A stretch of DNA of 64,000 nucleotides from an uncultured Chloroflexia bacterium (GCA_963700285.1 CAVOXA010000001.1:832001-896000); one strand, 5' to 3'. Numbered from the stretch's first letter, positions 38,437-49,320 are shown. A program made the numbers and translations. The notes: generated by a model from the sequence alone, not told the origin.

Positions 38437-39777
38437 CTATGGAAGGAGTGGAACCAAGCTCTGGAACAAAGCTTGATAGGCTTCGTTGACGCTGAGGTTG
38501 CCCCCGCTCCAGCCTCCGATGGCGTGAATGTTTGGCGACACGAAAGCTGCTCCTAAGCCCTGCCACTCTTCTTTCACAGGCGTCTCAATCTGGATCCAGG
38601 TACCCAGGCGAGGATCGTAGCGCTCGTTGAAGGCCAGGTAGCTGGCAATGCCCCCGCCGATGGCATACAATTGCTCGCGAACGGGCACCACCGTCACCCC
38701 CCCCCTGGTCAGCGTCATGGCCGGTAGTGGCGTCCAGGTATCGGCGGCTGGATCGTAGGCATCCAGTGTGTTGAACTCGGCTACGTCGTCATAGCCGCCC
38801 ACCACATAGATTCGATCCCCGAGGGGCGCTGCGCCCAGGAATCCCCGCGCCGTTTCCATCGACGTTCGCTTTTCCCATCGATCTGATTCGGGATCGTAGC
38901 GGTAGACCGAATCGGCGTAGCCTTTCCCTGCCCGCCCACCAAAGACATAGATCTGGCCGTCGAGTGCGGCTAACCCATAGGCCCCCAGTGGCTCAGGCAT
39001 CGGCGCGCGGACCAGCCAGGCATCCTGGTCCGGATCGTAGACTTCCAGCGCATCAAGAACCTGCTGTTCAGCATTGATCCCACCGGGCACATAGATCAAG
39101 CCGCCCACTTCAACCGCCGAGACATAGCCGGCCGGTGTTGGCTTGGCAGTCCGTGTTGTCCATGAATCGGTCTCGGGATCATAGACCTCAAGCTTGCCCG
39201 TCACGCCTTCGTTGCTGATGCCGCCAATGGCATAGATCAACCCTCCGTGCTCAACCACGGCCAGGCCCGTTCGTGGGGTAGGCATTTGTGCCCGCGTATG
39301 CCAGCGTGTGGTGGGCGGCCCGGCGGGGGCCGTGGGGAAGGCCTCGCTGATAGGATTCGGGGCCTGGCTGTTGGCCTTGTTCTCCAGCAGTACGGGGACC
39401 AGTACTGCCACCGCGGCCAGCAGCATGGCCACCACCAAGCTCACGCGCTTCAGGGTCGATACCTGGGGCCAGCGCTCCAACTGGGGCAAGGCAGGCACGG
39501 GCTGCGCCTCTTCCACTGCTTCAGTGGCCCCTTCTTCCTGCTCCTCGTCGTTGTTATCAAGGCGGGGTACCGCCACCCAGCCTTGATGCACTGCCACCAT
39601 CGTCGCCTCAGTGCGCGAGGCCACACCGAGCTTGGCATAGATGTTACGCAGATGAACCTTGACCGTATTGACGCTTATGACCAGTTCTTGAGCAACCTGT
39701 TGGTTGGTGGCGCCCGTGGCCACCAACTGCAGGATCTCCATTTCCCGATCGCTCAGGCTCCCCAACTCGTCTGCCAA
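38437..39777 (-). CDS. LuxR-type HTH + transmembrane helix + Kelch beta-propeller protein
   Basis: LSDREMEILQLVATGATNQQVAQELVISVNTVKVHLRNIYAKLGV; hydrophobic VSLVVAMLLAAVAVLVPVLL; six Kelch-like repeats (IYAIGG...YDP..D.W). Confidence 0.88.
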   Translation of the reverse strand: MADELGSLSDREMEILQLVATGATNQQVAQELVISVNTVKVHLRNIYAKLGVASRTEATMVAVHQGWVAVPRLDNNDEEQEEGATEAVEEAQPVPALPQLERWPQVSTLKRVSLVVAMLLAAVAVLVPVLLENKANSQAPNPISEAFPTAPAGPPTTRWHTRAQMPTPRTGLAVVEHGGLIYAIGGISNEGVTGKLEVYDPETDSWTTRTAKPTPAGYVSAVEVGGLIYVPGGINAEQQVLDALEVYDPDQDAWLVRAPMPEPLGAYGLAALDGQIYVFGGRAGKGYADSVYRYDPESDRWEKRTSMETARGFLGAAPLGDRIYVVGGYDDVAEFNTLDAYDPAADTWTPLPAMTLTRGGVTVVPVREQLYAIGGGIASYLAFNERYDPRLGTWIQIETPVKEEWQGLGAAFVSPNIHAIGGWSGGNLSVNEAYQALFQSLVPLLP

Positions 39778-40015
39778 CTCAAACTCCGGTTTTCAATGAC
39801 ATCAAGGTCTGATCGCTGCAAGAGCAGGGCCATTATCGCACACAAAAGGCCCAAGGGCAAATCTGTAGGCTGTCGCCCTATCTGGAAGAGCCAATCGCCA
39901 GTGGGTGGACCTCATTCTAGTGGCTAGTGGCTCGCCCTGCTCGGTCCTGGAAACTGCCCAATACCATAACCATAGATTCCGCATCGCGCCCTGAGGGTTG
40001 TTGGTCACCAGCGCT

Positions 40016-40687
40016 TTATGGCCACAGCCCCAACGATCGTGTCCAGACGATCCACGCTCCCAGAGCCAGATAGGGGCCGTAGGCCATGGCATCCTTGCGT
40101 CCGGCGCGTCGCGTCGTCAGCAGGACAAAGGCCACCACACCGCCGGCCAGGATGCTGTACAGCAGGCCGGTGAGGATGAGCGGGTAGCCCAGTACCGCCC
40201 CCAGCACCGCGGCCAGCTTCACGTCGCCCAGGCCCATGGCGCCCCGTTGGATGAAGGCCAGCAGGAGGAACAGTCCGCCAGCCACGATCAGGCCCAGAGC
40301 AGCGCTGAGTGTTGCCGGCTGGCCCAGCCAGATCACCTGGACCACGGCCCAGAGAAGCAGGGTTAGCACCAGGGCGTTGGGGATACGGCGCACTCGATAG
40401 TCCACCAGGCTGATAGCCAGGAGCATGCCAGTGACCACGAGAACTGTGAGGATCTGGTCGAAGCCCGGTGCCTGCCGGCCCAGGCAGGCGCCCAGGGCAG
40501 CCATGCCCGCCATCGCCATCGCTGCTGGCAGGGCAATCGCCCCCCCTGCTCCGCGCAGCAGGGATCTGTGCCAGGACTCCTGCTCATCCGGCGACTTGGC
40601 CCTGGAGGGTGGCGAAAAGTGGTGCGCCGCGAGCCAGGCTGCCAGGCCGGTGATGGCTCCCAGGGCGCCACCGATCAGTACCAGCAT
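40016..40687 (-). CDS. Prepilin peptidase (A24 family)
   Basis: SLVDYRVRRIPN, AMGLGDVKLAA, AYGPYLALGA. Confidence 0.88.
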   Translation of the reverse strand: MLVLIGGALGAITGLAAWLAAHHFSPPSRAKSPDEQESWHRSLLRGAGGAIALPAAMAMAGMAALGACLGRQAPGFDQILTVLVVTGMLLAISLVDYRVRRIPNALVLTLLLWAVVQVIWLGQPATLSAALGLIVAGGLFLLLAFIQRGAMGLGDVKLAAVLGAVLGYPLILTGLLYSILAGGVVAFVLLTTRRAGRKDAMAYGPYLALGAWIVWTRSLGLWP

Positions 40688-40789
40688 GCTGTCTGTCCCT
40701 GCCCGTCCTGCTGTGCCATCAGGGGAAGAACCTCACGGCGTTGGCCTCATCAGGCGACGGCGGTACGACGCCCCCTGAGCTGCCACATT

Positions 40790-41060
40790 CCGAAGTACAG
40801 CCACTGAGGCATCCTCGCAAGCGATATAGCTGGCACCTGGTCTGGAATGGTTCAGAGGTTTGGCGATGATCAACTCGCCCATGGTGAGGGTGATCGTCGC
40901 CGGGTAGGTCGGAGAAAGCGAAATCGTCTGGCGCGAGGACCTTGGCTCGTCATCATGGCTGTTTGTCACTGTGAGATCTCTGGCGTGAGCCTCAAAGGTC
41001 AAGCTGGCTGCCAGTCCCAGGAAGAGTTGGATCACCCCTCGACAAGCGTCCAACCTACGG
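40790..41060 (-). pseudogene. Remnant of a secreted CSLREA/choice-of-anchor-Q-type beta-helix protein N-terminus
   Basis: TVTNSHDDEPRSSRQTI...ATITLTMGELIIAKPL..SRPGAS resembles the VTNxxDxGxGSLRQAI...TITLTSGELxIxKxLTIxGPGA consensus; upstream TATAAT and GGAGG remain; ORF decayed and truncated. Confidence 0.5.
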
Positions 41061-41351
41061 GTTCAATGCCAGGAATTGCCTCCCTCCATGTGGTACTTGC
41101 ATTATAGTACACGATCCACTGAATGACAAGATTCTCGTCATCGCGGTGCCTCATCGACAGAACCAGGGCCCCGTGAGTGGATTCTGAGCGAATTTGCACC
41201 TAATTCTTGGCATCACGCCATCGCCACGTCCCGGACTAACTTCTGACGTTCCTGTCACCTGAGGGTGCGCCTCGCTATGGTACAAGCCATGGGCAGAGTA
41301 GCACCACCGGTCCTGGTCGCATAATTCTCGGTTATAAGCGACTGTACCCGC

Positions 41352-41380
41352 TTGTCACCAAGCCAGGTCTGTGCTATACT
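41352..41380 (+). promoter_or_regulatory. Promoter candidate upstream of HD-domain gene
   Basis: TTGTCA-N17-TATACT with extended -10 TG. Confidence 0.55.
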
Positions 41381-41591
41381 CGGTACCTGGCTTTTTTGAT
41401 GCAAAGGGCGCCATCATCAACCTTGACGATGTCCTGGTTGAACCCCTGGTAACAAACTGGCGTGATTGGCGCGGTCCAGCGGGCAGGGCTTGACCACACG
41501 TTTCCCATCTCGCGGTGACGGCCGTGCACGATTCCTCGCAGAACCGGAATCAGGGTCTGCTAGACATAAAACAAATCTCGGAGGTTGAACG

Positions 41592-42140
41592 ATGCGCGAA
41601 AGACTCATGAGAATCTGGCCTGAAATTGAGTGGATTGAAGACGCCGAATTGAAGGAGCAGGTCTACCTGACCTGGGAGTATGCCCTGGAGCAGAGCGTCC
41701 TGAGTCCTGAAGATCTGGAGGTGATCCCTTTCACCCTGTTGATCAAAGACTGTGACGTGACCTTCATGGAGCACAAGCGGGCGGTGGTCCACATCGCAGT
41801 CGATTCGGCCCGGGCCATGCAGCGCTTTTTTGGCGACAAGCTACCCATCCACATGGACTACCTCATCGCCGGCGCCATCCTCATCGACGTTGGCAAACTG
41901 CTCGAGTATGTCATGGAGGACGGCCAAGCCGTCGTCGGCAAGACGGGCGCGCTGCTGAGACATCCCTTTACCGGGGTGGGATTGGCCATGCGTTTTGGAG
42001 TCCCGGACGAAATCTGTCACATGATCGTTGCCCACTCCAAGGAAGGCGATCTGGGCAGGAGGACCACCGAGTCTCTCATCGTTCACCACGCCGACTTTAT
42101 GAGTTTTGAGCCCTTCAAGGCTGAAACCCTGAGGTTCTGA
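41592..42140 (+). CDS. HD/HDIG-domain metalloprotein
   Basis: EHKRAVV, GAILIDVGKLLEY, LRHPFTG, IVAHSKEG, IVHHADF; GGAGG RBS. Confidence 0.8.
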   Translation: MRERLMRIWPEIEWIEDAELKEQVYLTWEYALEQSVLSPEDLEVIPFTLLIKDCDVTFMEHKRAVVHIAVDSARAMQRFFGDKLPIHMDYLIAGAILIDVGKLLEYVMEDGQAVVGKTGALLRHPFTGVGLAMRFGVPDEICHMIVAHSKEGDLGRRTTESLIVHHADFMSFEPFKAETLRF

Positions 42141-42159
42141 CCCTTTCCTCAGCCCCTCG

Positions 42160-45100
42160 ATGGGGGAGGCCGTGAGCTTGGAAAAACCTGGCCACCGGAC
42201 AGCACCATTCATGTCGCGGATCGAAGAGGACGAGACCCTGGAGCGCATTCGCTTCCGGGGTGATCCGGTGGCAAACCCAGAGAACGTTGTCTCGATGGGG
42301 AGGGCGCGGTTCACGATCCTCACGTCCCGGCTGCTCAGGCTCGAGTGGTCAGGGGCTGGTCTATGGGAGGACCGCGCTACCTTTGCCTTCCCGATCCGAA
42401 ACGGACCAGCCCATGCCTACGAGACGTGGCTGGAAGGCGACGTGCTGGTCGTTGACACCGGCGCGCTGCAGCTCCGCTACCGGCCAGACGGCCCGTTCAG
42501 TGACGGGAACCTGTCAATCTCTTTCGATCTTGAGGGCGCACCCCGGTCCCGGATCTGGAGACCGGGGTGCGCCAACCCTTCAAACCTGAGGGGCACCCGG
42601 CGCACGCTGGACGAGTGCCCGGGTGATGCAGCCCTGGGTGAGGGCCTGCTCTCGCGCGCCGGGTGGGTGCTATTCGACGACAGCCGCTCGGTGACTTTTG
42701 ATACCGTCGATGGCTGGCCCGCGCCCCGCCCTGAGCACGAACTCCAGGACTGGTACTTTTTCGGCTATGGCCACGACTACCAGGGCGCCCTGGCCGAGTA
42801 CCAGCAGTTCGGGGGCCCAATCCCCCTGATCCCCCGCTACGTTCTGGGGGCTTGGTGGTCGCGCTACTGGGCCTACAGTGACCAAGACCTCAAGGACCTG
42901 GTGCAGGACTTTTGCGGGCACGATCTGCCGCTGGACGTGCTGGTCGTGGACATGGATTGGCATACCCCGCACTCCTGGACCGGGTACACCTGGAACCGCG
43001 ACCTGTTTCCCGATCCGCCCGCCTTCCTTCGCTGGGTACACGACCAGGGCTTGCTAGTCACGCTCAACCTGCACCCGGCCCAGGGGGTGCAGCCCTTTGA
43101 AGAGGTCTATCCCCGCTTTGCTGAGGCCATGGGCCTTGACCCGGACAGCGGGGAAGCCATCCCCTTCCGCATCACCGATAAGCGCTTTGTCAAGCACTAC
43201 CTTGAACTGCTGCACCGACCGCTGGAAAGAGATGGCGTAGACTTTTGGTGGATGGACTGGCAGCAAGGAGAAGCGTCAGAGATGGAGGGGCTCGACCCGC
43301 TGACGTGGCTCAACCACATCCATTTCCAGGATTCGACGCGGCGCGGCAGGCGGCCTATGCTCTACAGCCGCTGGGGCGGGTTGGGCAACCACCGCTATCC
43401 TATTGGTTTCTCAGGGGATACCTATGTAACCTGGCAGGCCCTGCAGTTCCAGCCCTTTATGACCGCTGCGGCATCAAATGTGGCCTATGGCTGGTGGAGC
43501 CACGACGTCGGCGGCCACATGGGCGGCGCCACCGAACCAGAACTGTATGCTCGCTGGGTGCAGTTCGGTGCCCTGAGCCCCTGCCTGCGCCTGCACGCAA
43601 CCAAGGACGCGCTTGCCGAGCGACGGCCCTGGAAGTATCCCCATGAGGTCTATGAGGCGGCCAGGGTAGCGTTTCATCTGCGCTACCGGCTGGTCCCATA
43701 CCTGTACACGATGGCTCGCGCGGCGCATGATACGGGCATTTCGCTCTGCCGTCCCATGTATTACGAGTACCCCGAGGAGATGGCCGCCTACGCTGCCCGC
43801 TACCAGTACTTCCTCGGAGACCAGATGATTGCCGCTCCCCTGGTCTTTCCGGCTGACGCTGAGACGGGCATGGCCGCTACCGATGTATGGATACCCAAGG
43901 GATTGTGGATCGATTACCAAAGCAAAGAGACCCATGCCGGACCGCGCTGGGTGCGCTTCGTCGGCGATCTAAGCCGCATACCCATGCTGGTAAAGGCCGG
44001 AGCGATCCTGCCCCTGGCACCTGCCGCGCCTACTGCGGACAGTGTCTCCTACGAACCCTTGATTCTCTCTGTGTTTCCCGGGTCTGGCGGAGCCTTTCGC
44101 CTGTACCAGGACGACGGCCTGACCGATGCCTACAGAACTGGACAACATGAATGGACCGCGATCCGGACGAGGATGGAGGGCGAGAGTGGTTGGGTTGTGG
44201 AGATTGATCCCGTGGAGGGCTGCTGTGAAGCGTTGTCGCCCCAGCGGAGCTACGAGATCCGGCTCGAGGCCAGTCGCCACCCGATGTCCGTGACTGTGGA
44301 TGGGCAGGAAACCCAGGATTGGGACTATGAAGCCAACACCCTCACTACAACAATCCGTGTGCCAGCCCGTGACAAGCAACAACCTGTGGTAGTTGCCGCC
44401 ATGGCCGCGGCTGGGGTTTCGGTCCTGGGCGAGGTTCACAACCAAGAGCTGATCCGTCGCGATGTCCAGCGCTTGCTTGGTGATCGGTGCCCTCAGGATG
44501 CGTCAGATGCCGAGGCCATTATGGGTGTTGAGAGCCCCGGCCGGCGGGATGCCATCGCGCGCCTGGGCGGACCCTTTGTGCGTTTTGTCGAGTTCCTCAT
44601 GCCAGAGGAGGCGTCTCAGCAGTTGGGGCGGGTCATCATCGGCTCGCCAGCTGCTTCGAACCAGCCGTACGCCGCCGAGATAGCTTTCGCTCTGTTTCGT
44701 AGCGGCGACATCCAGAACTATGGCATCTCGATAGAACGGGCTGTTGACTCCCAGATCGTAGATACGCCATTCGGGCATGATGGAAAACTACGATCCTCCT
44801 GTTGGCAAGCGGAGGTGAGACTCTCCTGGCACGGTGAGACGCTTACCTATTCCTACCAGAGCAGTTCGCTGTTCCCAACCATCTATGCGTGGCGGGTGTT
44901 GGTCTACAATCAAGACGAGCAATCTCTCCTGCTCGATGAGGTCCTGGAAGATGAGAGGGATCAGAATCACGCCCTCGATTGGCGATCCTATTGCCAGGAT
45001 GATGGCTCTCCGCCGGCGAACTTGACCGATGGCTACACTCTCGATCTAGCCGGGGAACACGCGGGCCGCCTGGCGGCTGGCGAGCCCCTGGCGGCTTATC

Positions 45101-45414
45101 TGGCAACGACCATCTCTAGCCCTGACGAGCGAGAGGCTGTTTTTCTGGTCTGGGCGGAATGCAGGACAGACTGGTTCCTCAACGGACAGAGGATCCAGAT
45201 ACTGCCTGAGGAGCAGGAAACGGCCATGCCTCCCTTCTACCGCCCAACACGCAAGAGCGCTGTGTTGTACTTGCGCGAGGGCGCGAACTCGCTGGTGGCG
45301 GCCTCCCTGCCTTCAGAGTCGATCCGTGCCTCTACCGGACTGCCCTATTGGCGCTTTGGCGGAGCGTTTGTGGCGCCGGACGGCCGGGTGATGTCCGATC
45401 TAGGGTTCGGATAG
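42160..45414 (+). CDS. Glycoside hydrolase family 31 with long C-terminal extension
   Basis: WWSRYW, PLDVLVVDMDWH, WWMDWQQG (nucleophile), GFSGDT (acid/base), WSHDVGG, ELYARWVQFG, LYQDDG; no signal peptide; start could be 42211. Confidence 0.9.
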   Translation: MGEAVSLEKPGHRTAPFMSRIEEDETLERIRFRGDPVANPENVVSMGRARFTILTSRLLRLEWSGAGLWEDRATFAFPIRNGPAHAYETWLEGDVLVVDTGALQLRYRPDGPFSDGNLSISFDLEGAPRSRIWRPGCANPSNLRGTRRTLDECPGDAALGEGLLSRAGWVLFDDSRSVTFDTVDGWPAPRPEHELQDWYFFGYGHDYQGALAEYQQFGGPIPLIPRYVLGAWWSRYWAYSDQDLKDLVQDFCGHDLPLDVLVVDMDWHTPHSWTGYTWNRDLFPDPPAFLRWVHDQGLLVTLNLHPAQGVQPFEEVYPRFAEAMGLDPDSGEAIPFRITDKRFVKHYLELLHRPLERDGVDFWWMDWQQGEASEMEGLDPLTWLNHIHFQDSTRRGRRPMLYSRWGGLGNHRYPIGFSGDTYVTWQALQFQPFMTAAASNVAYGWWSHDVGGHMGGATEPELYARWVQFGALSPCLRLHATKDALAERRPWKYPHEVYEAARVAFHLRYRLVPYLYTMARAAHDTGISLCRPMYYEYPEEMAAYAARYQYFLGDQMIAAPLVFPADAETGMAATDVWIPKGLWIDYQSKETHAGPRWVRFVGDLSRIPMLVKAGAILPLAPAAPTADSVSYEPLILSVFPGSGGAFRLYQDDGLTDAYRTGQHEWTAIRTRMEGESGWVVEIDPVEGCCEALSPQRSYEIRLEASRHPMSVTVDGQETQDWDYEANTLTTTIRVPARDKQQPVVVAAMAAAGVSVLGEVHNQELIRRDVQRLLGDRCPQDASDAEAIMGVESPGRRDAIARLGGPFVRFVEFLMPEEASQQLGRVIIGSPAASNQPYAAEIAFALFRSGDIQNYGISIERAVDSQIVDTPFGHDGKLRSSCWQAEVRLSWHGETLTYSYQSSSLFPTIYAWRVLVYNQDEQSLLLDEVLEDERDQNHALDWRSYCQDDGSPPANLTDGYTLDLAGEHAGRLAAGEPLAAYLATTISSPDEREAVFLVWAECRTDWFLNGQRIQILPEEQETAMPPFYRPTRKSAVLYLREGANSLVAASLPSESIRASTGLPYWRFGGAFVAPDGRVMSDLGFG

Positions 45415-45463
45415 GCCGCATCTGATGTTTGCTGGTTTGTCCCTTCTGGCGTAGAATAAGCCT

Positions 45464-46516
45464 ATGGATGCTGAGATGGCTTGGTGGCCCTTCGCTGCCG
45501 TTTTCAGCGTAGCCCTGGTCTTGGCTTTGGCCGGTACGCCGTTGGCTGGCGCCCTCGGGCGTCGTTGGGGATTGGTGGACAAACCGGGCCCCCGCAGGTG
45601 GCATATGGGTTCCATCCCTAGAACGGGCGGCATTGCGCTCTTTGTTGCTTTCTTTGCTGCTGCTTTGTTGGCCCAATGGCTGCCGGTACCCCGCCAGGAC
45701 CCCAATGAGCTGACTCGCTTTCTGGGTATTGCCATCGGGTGTATATTCGTCTTTGTCTTTGGCCTAGTCGATGATCGGCTTGAGCTGCGCGCGACCCCCC
45801 AGTACATAGCGCAGGCGCTCGCGGCCTTTATCGCCATCGCCTTCATGGTATTCATTGAACGGGTGATGAACCCCTTCACGAACAGTATCTTGGTCTTTCC
45901 CTTTGCCTTTGTCATTACCCTTACCGTGGTCTGGATCATGGGCATGATCAACACCATCAACTTTATGGATGGCCTTGACGGTTTGGCAGGAGGTATCGGA
46001 GCCATCGTGAGCGCAGTGCTGGCTGCCCACATGCTGCGTGAGGGGCAGCTCAGTGTGGCACTGCTGCCTCTGGCTCTGTTGGGCGCAACCCTGGGATTTC
46101 TCCCATTCAACTTTTACCCGGCCCGCGTATTCATGGGAAGTTCGGGCTCGTGGGTACTGGGCTACGCCATCGCTACGCTGGGGATCGCTGCCGGAGCCAA
46201 GCTGGCGACAGTGTTGCTGGTGTTGAGCATCCCCATTGTGGATGTGGCCTGGTTGATCATCAGCCGCTTTCGAGCCGGGCAGTCAATCGGCCAGGCGGAC
46301 CGCCGCCATTTGCACTACCGCCTGCTCGATCTGGGGCTGAGCCAGCGCCAGGTAGTGCTGCTCTACTATGGCTATTGCATCGCCCTGGGCGGAGCTGCGT
46401 TGCTGATCCAATCCCGGATGCTCAAGCTGGTCACATTGGTGGTTCTGGCTGTGGCAACAGTGGCTTTTCTGGCCTGGTTGGCACGGCGTCCCCCGCGTAC
46501 AGAAGGCCTTTCCTGA
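45464..46516 (+). CDS. MraY/WecA/TagO-family polyprenyl-phosphate HexNAc-1-phosphate transferase
   Basis: VDKPGPRRWH, PRTGG, GLVDD, NTINFMDGLDGLA, FNFYPARVFMG, DRRHLHYRL. Confidence 0.9.
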   Translation: MDAEMAWWPFAAVFSVALVLALAGTPLAGALGRRWGLVDKPGPRRWHMGSIPRTGGIALFVAFFAAALLAQWLPVPRQDPNELTRFLGIAIGCIFVFVFGLVDDRLELRATPQYIAQALAAFIAIAFMVFIERVMNPFTNSILVFPFAFVITLTVVWIMGMINTINFMDGLDGLAGGIGAIVSAVLAAHMLREGQLSVALLPLALLGATLGFLPFNFYPARVFMGSSGSWVLGYAIATLGIAAGAKLATVLLVLSIPIVDVAWLIISRFRAGQSIGQADRRHLHYRLLDLGLSQRQVVLLYYGYCIALGGAALLIQSRMLKLVTLVVLAVATVAFLAWLARRPPRTEGLS

Positions 46517-46546
46517 TAGCTGTGCTGTGTCGGTGAGGACACTTAC

Positions 46547-46575
46547 TTGACCGAACATCTCTTTGCGGTTAAAAT
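46547..46575 (+). promoter_or_regulatory. Promoter candidate
   Basis: TTGACC-N17-TAAAAT about 30 bp upstream of the next start codon. Confidence 0.55.
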
Positions 46576-46602
46576 CGGGGCAATCCAACGGGAGCATACC
46601 AT

Positions 46603-47454
46603 TTGATGACGGACGTACCGAACGCAACAGATTTGGTCCAACGAGGGCAGGCGGCTGCGCGTGTTGGCCTTCGAGACAAAGCTCGCGAGTATCTGCGCGA
46701 AGCGGTTCAGCTCGAGCCGGACAATGTCCAGGCCTGGCTTGATCTAGCTGGCGTCGAGAACGAGCCTGCAGCAAAGGGGCAGTGCTTTGAAACTGCCCTT
46801 CGTCTGGACCCAGACAACGTGGATGCGCGGCTGGGCCTGGAGCTGCTACAGCCCGATCTGGTCTCTGAAGTTGCCGCTGAACCGATCCATGAGCACGAAT
46901 TGGATACAGTGATGGCAGACGCCTCGCGTCAGCTCGATGAGGCCGTCGGCCCGCCGCCAGACGGCGAGCTTCCTCTTGATGATGAGGTACTGTACTGCGC
47001 CAACCACCCCAGCGTCGAGACGGTATTGCGCTGCAACCGCTGTGGAAAACCGATCTGTACCCGCTGTGCAGTGCAGACACCGGTGGGCTATCGCTGCAAA
47101 CAGTGCGTCGGCCAGCAACAGGCAGTGTACTTTACCGGGGGCGTGGCCGATTATGCCATTGGGGGCGTGCTTGCCCTGGTGCTGGGCGGAATTGCCAGCT
47201 ATATTGTCACAGTCATAGGCGCCTGGTTCATTGCCCTCATCCTTGGGCCAACCATGGGCATAGGCATCGCAGAGCTGGTACGTCTGGCAGTCCGGCGTCG
47301 CCGGAGCCAGTATCTGTGGCTGTCTGTGGCCACGGGGATTGTGGTGGGCTCCCTTCCGGCCCTTGTGATTAGCTTTGGATCCCTGTGGCGAATGATCGCC
47401 TACGGCCTGTTTCTGGTGCTGGCCATAGGCGCCGCTACGGCGCGCCTGCGCTAG
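46603..47454 (+). CDS. TPR + B-box-like zinc finger + membrane domain protein
   Basis: TPR-like AVQLEPDNVQAW and ALRLDPDN; CANHP....LRCNRCGKPICTRC....PVGYRCKQC; about 4 C-terminal TM helices. Confidence 0.75.
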   Translation: MMTDVPNATDLVQRGQAAARVGLRDKAREYLREAVQLEPDNVQAWLDLAGVENEPAAKGQCFETALRLDPDNVDARLGLELLQPDLVSEVAAEPIHEHELDTVMADASRQLDEAVGPPPDGELPLDDEVLYCANHPSVETVLRCNRCGKPICTRCAVQTPVGYRCKQCVGQQQAVYFTGGVADYAIGGVLALVLGGIASYIVTVIGAWFIALILGPTMGIGIAELVRLAVRRRRSQYLWLSVATGIVVGSLPALVISFGSLWRMIAYGLFLVLAIGAATARLR

Positions 47455-47524
47455 CCTCCCGTACTGCAGCCAACCGGCGTGCGCAACCTGCAATCCAAAG
47501 CAAGCGCTGTGAGATGAGGTCTCT

Positions 47525-49320
47525 GTGTTATCCGAACTGACCATCCAAAACCTTGCCATCATCGAACGGGTCCACCTTCAGTTTGAGCCTGGCTTTAACG
47601 TACTGACCGGAGAGACAGGCGCTGGAAAATCGATCATCATTGACGCCGTAAGCCTGCTATTAGGCGGCCGTGGCGGGACCGACTTTGTCCGGTCGGGCGC
47701 CGACCGGGCTATCATCGAAGGGGTTTTTGGCTTGGACACCGAGACCAGTGCAAGTCTGACCCCGCTTCTCGAGCAGGAGGGCCTGGAAGGCGATGATCCA
47801 GCCCTGCTGGTGCTGGCCCGCGAGATCCGTCGCGGGGGGCGCAGCGTCTGTCGCGTCAATGGGCGTGCGGTAGCGCTCCGGGTTCTGCAGGATTTTGGTC
47901 AACACCTGGTAGATATCCACGGTCAAACCGAGCATCTTTCGCTGATGCACGTGCGCGAGCATCTGGACTTGTTGGATCGACATGGAGGACTCTGGCCTTT
48001 GCGCGATCAGGTGGCCGCATTGGTGAGGGAGCTCTTGGCAGCTCGCCGTGAGTTGTCAGATCTCCGTCGTGATGAGCGGGAACTGGCCCGACGCGTAGAT
48101 CTGCTGCAATACCAGGTGAGTGAGATAGAGGCTGCGCACTTGGAGCCAGGGGAGGAAACCGCATTGGCCGAGGAACGAGGACGCTTGGCCAATGCGGAGC
48201 AGCTAAGAGAACTGGCTGATGAGGCCTACAACTCTGTGTATGAAGGCAGTGAGGATCAGCCGGCGGCGGTGGATCTACTTCAGGTGGTGGCGCGATCCCT
48301 GGCCGGCCTGGTCCGGTTGGATCCCTCAACCTCGTCTCTCGGTGAGGTAGCTGAGACCATCAGCTACCAACTGGAGGATCTGGCTGAATCGCTGAGGGAC
48401 TATCGCGATCAGATCGAGTTCAACCCCAAACGGTTGGACCAGGTTGAGGACCGCCTGGCTTTGCTCCACAGTCTCCAGCGCAAGTATGGCGATACCCTTG
48501 GCGAGGTGCTGGCTTATGCCGGTCGCGCCCGGATAGAGCTGGAGACCATCGAGCACAGCGAGGAACGAATCGCGATACTGGAAGGCGAGGAGGACCGGTT
48601 GCTGCGCGAGATTGGGGCTCTTGGTACGGTGCTTTCGCAGCGACGCCGGGAGGCCGGCGAGAACCTGGCGGCTGCCATAGAGGCCGAATTGACAGAATTG
48701 AGTATGGATGGTGCGCGCTTTGGCGTGAACCTTGCTTGGCGTGATGCTGATGATGGGGCGTACGCTGAGCAGCGCCGCGTGGCATTCGACCTTACGGGTT
48801 TGGATCGGGCCGAGTTTCTGGTAGCGGCCAACCTTGGCGAACCGCTCAAACCGCTGGTGCGTGTTGCTTCCGGTGGCGAGACGTCGCGATTGATGTTGGC
48901 CCTCAAGACGGTGCTAGCCCAAGCCGACCGTACTCCCACACTAATTTTCGACGAGATCGACGCCGGGATTGGAGGGCGCGTCGGCGCTGTGGTAGGTCAA
49001 AAGCTTTGGGGTCTTACATCTGGAGGGGAAGCGGTACTCGTCGCCATCAAGTGCTGTGCGTGACCCATCTGCCGCAACTGGCTGGTTACGGAGACCAGCA
49101 CCTTTACGTACACAAGCGCATCGTCGGCGACCGGACCGTGACGGAGGTGGAGCGCTTGCAAGACTCCGGGCGAGAGCGAGAGCTCGCCGGAATGCTAGGG
49201 ACCATCACGGAAAAGACTCAGGCCAGCGCGCGCGAAATGCTCATTGCAAGCCAGGAGGACAAGGATGGTAGAATCCGCGACCAGTTTCCAATGGCTTCTC
49301 CCGGCGTAGCTTCCAGTTGA
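47525..49320 (+). CDS. recN: DNA repair protein RecN (one frameshift near 49030)
   Basis: LTGETGAGKSII Walker A, DIHGQ, ASGGETSRLMLALK, IFDEIDAGIGG; QVLCVTHLPQLA continues in another frame. Confidence 0.93.

Noticed and set aside
49020-49065. recN as a pseudogene or programmed frameshift
   Set aside because: Single indel near a short G run with all motifs intact and no slippery heptamer; sequencing error is the simplest explanation.
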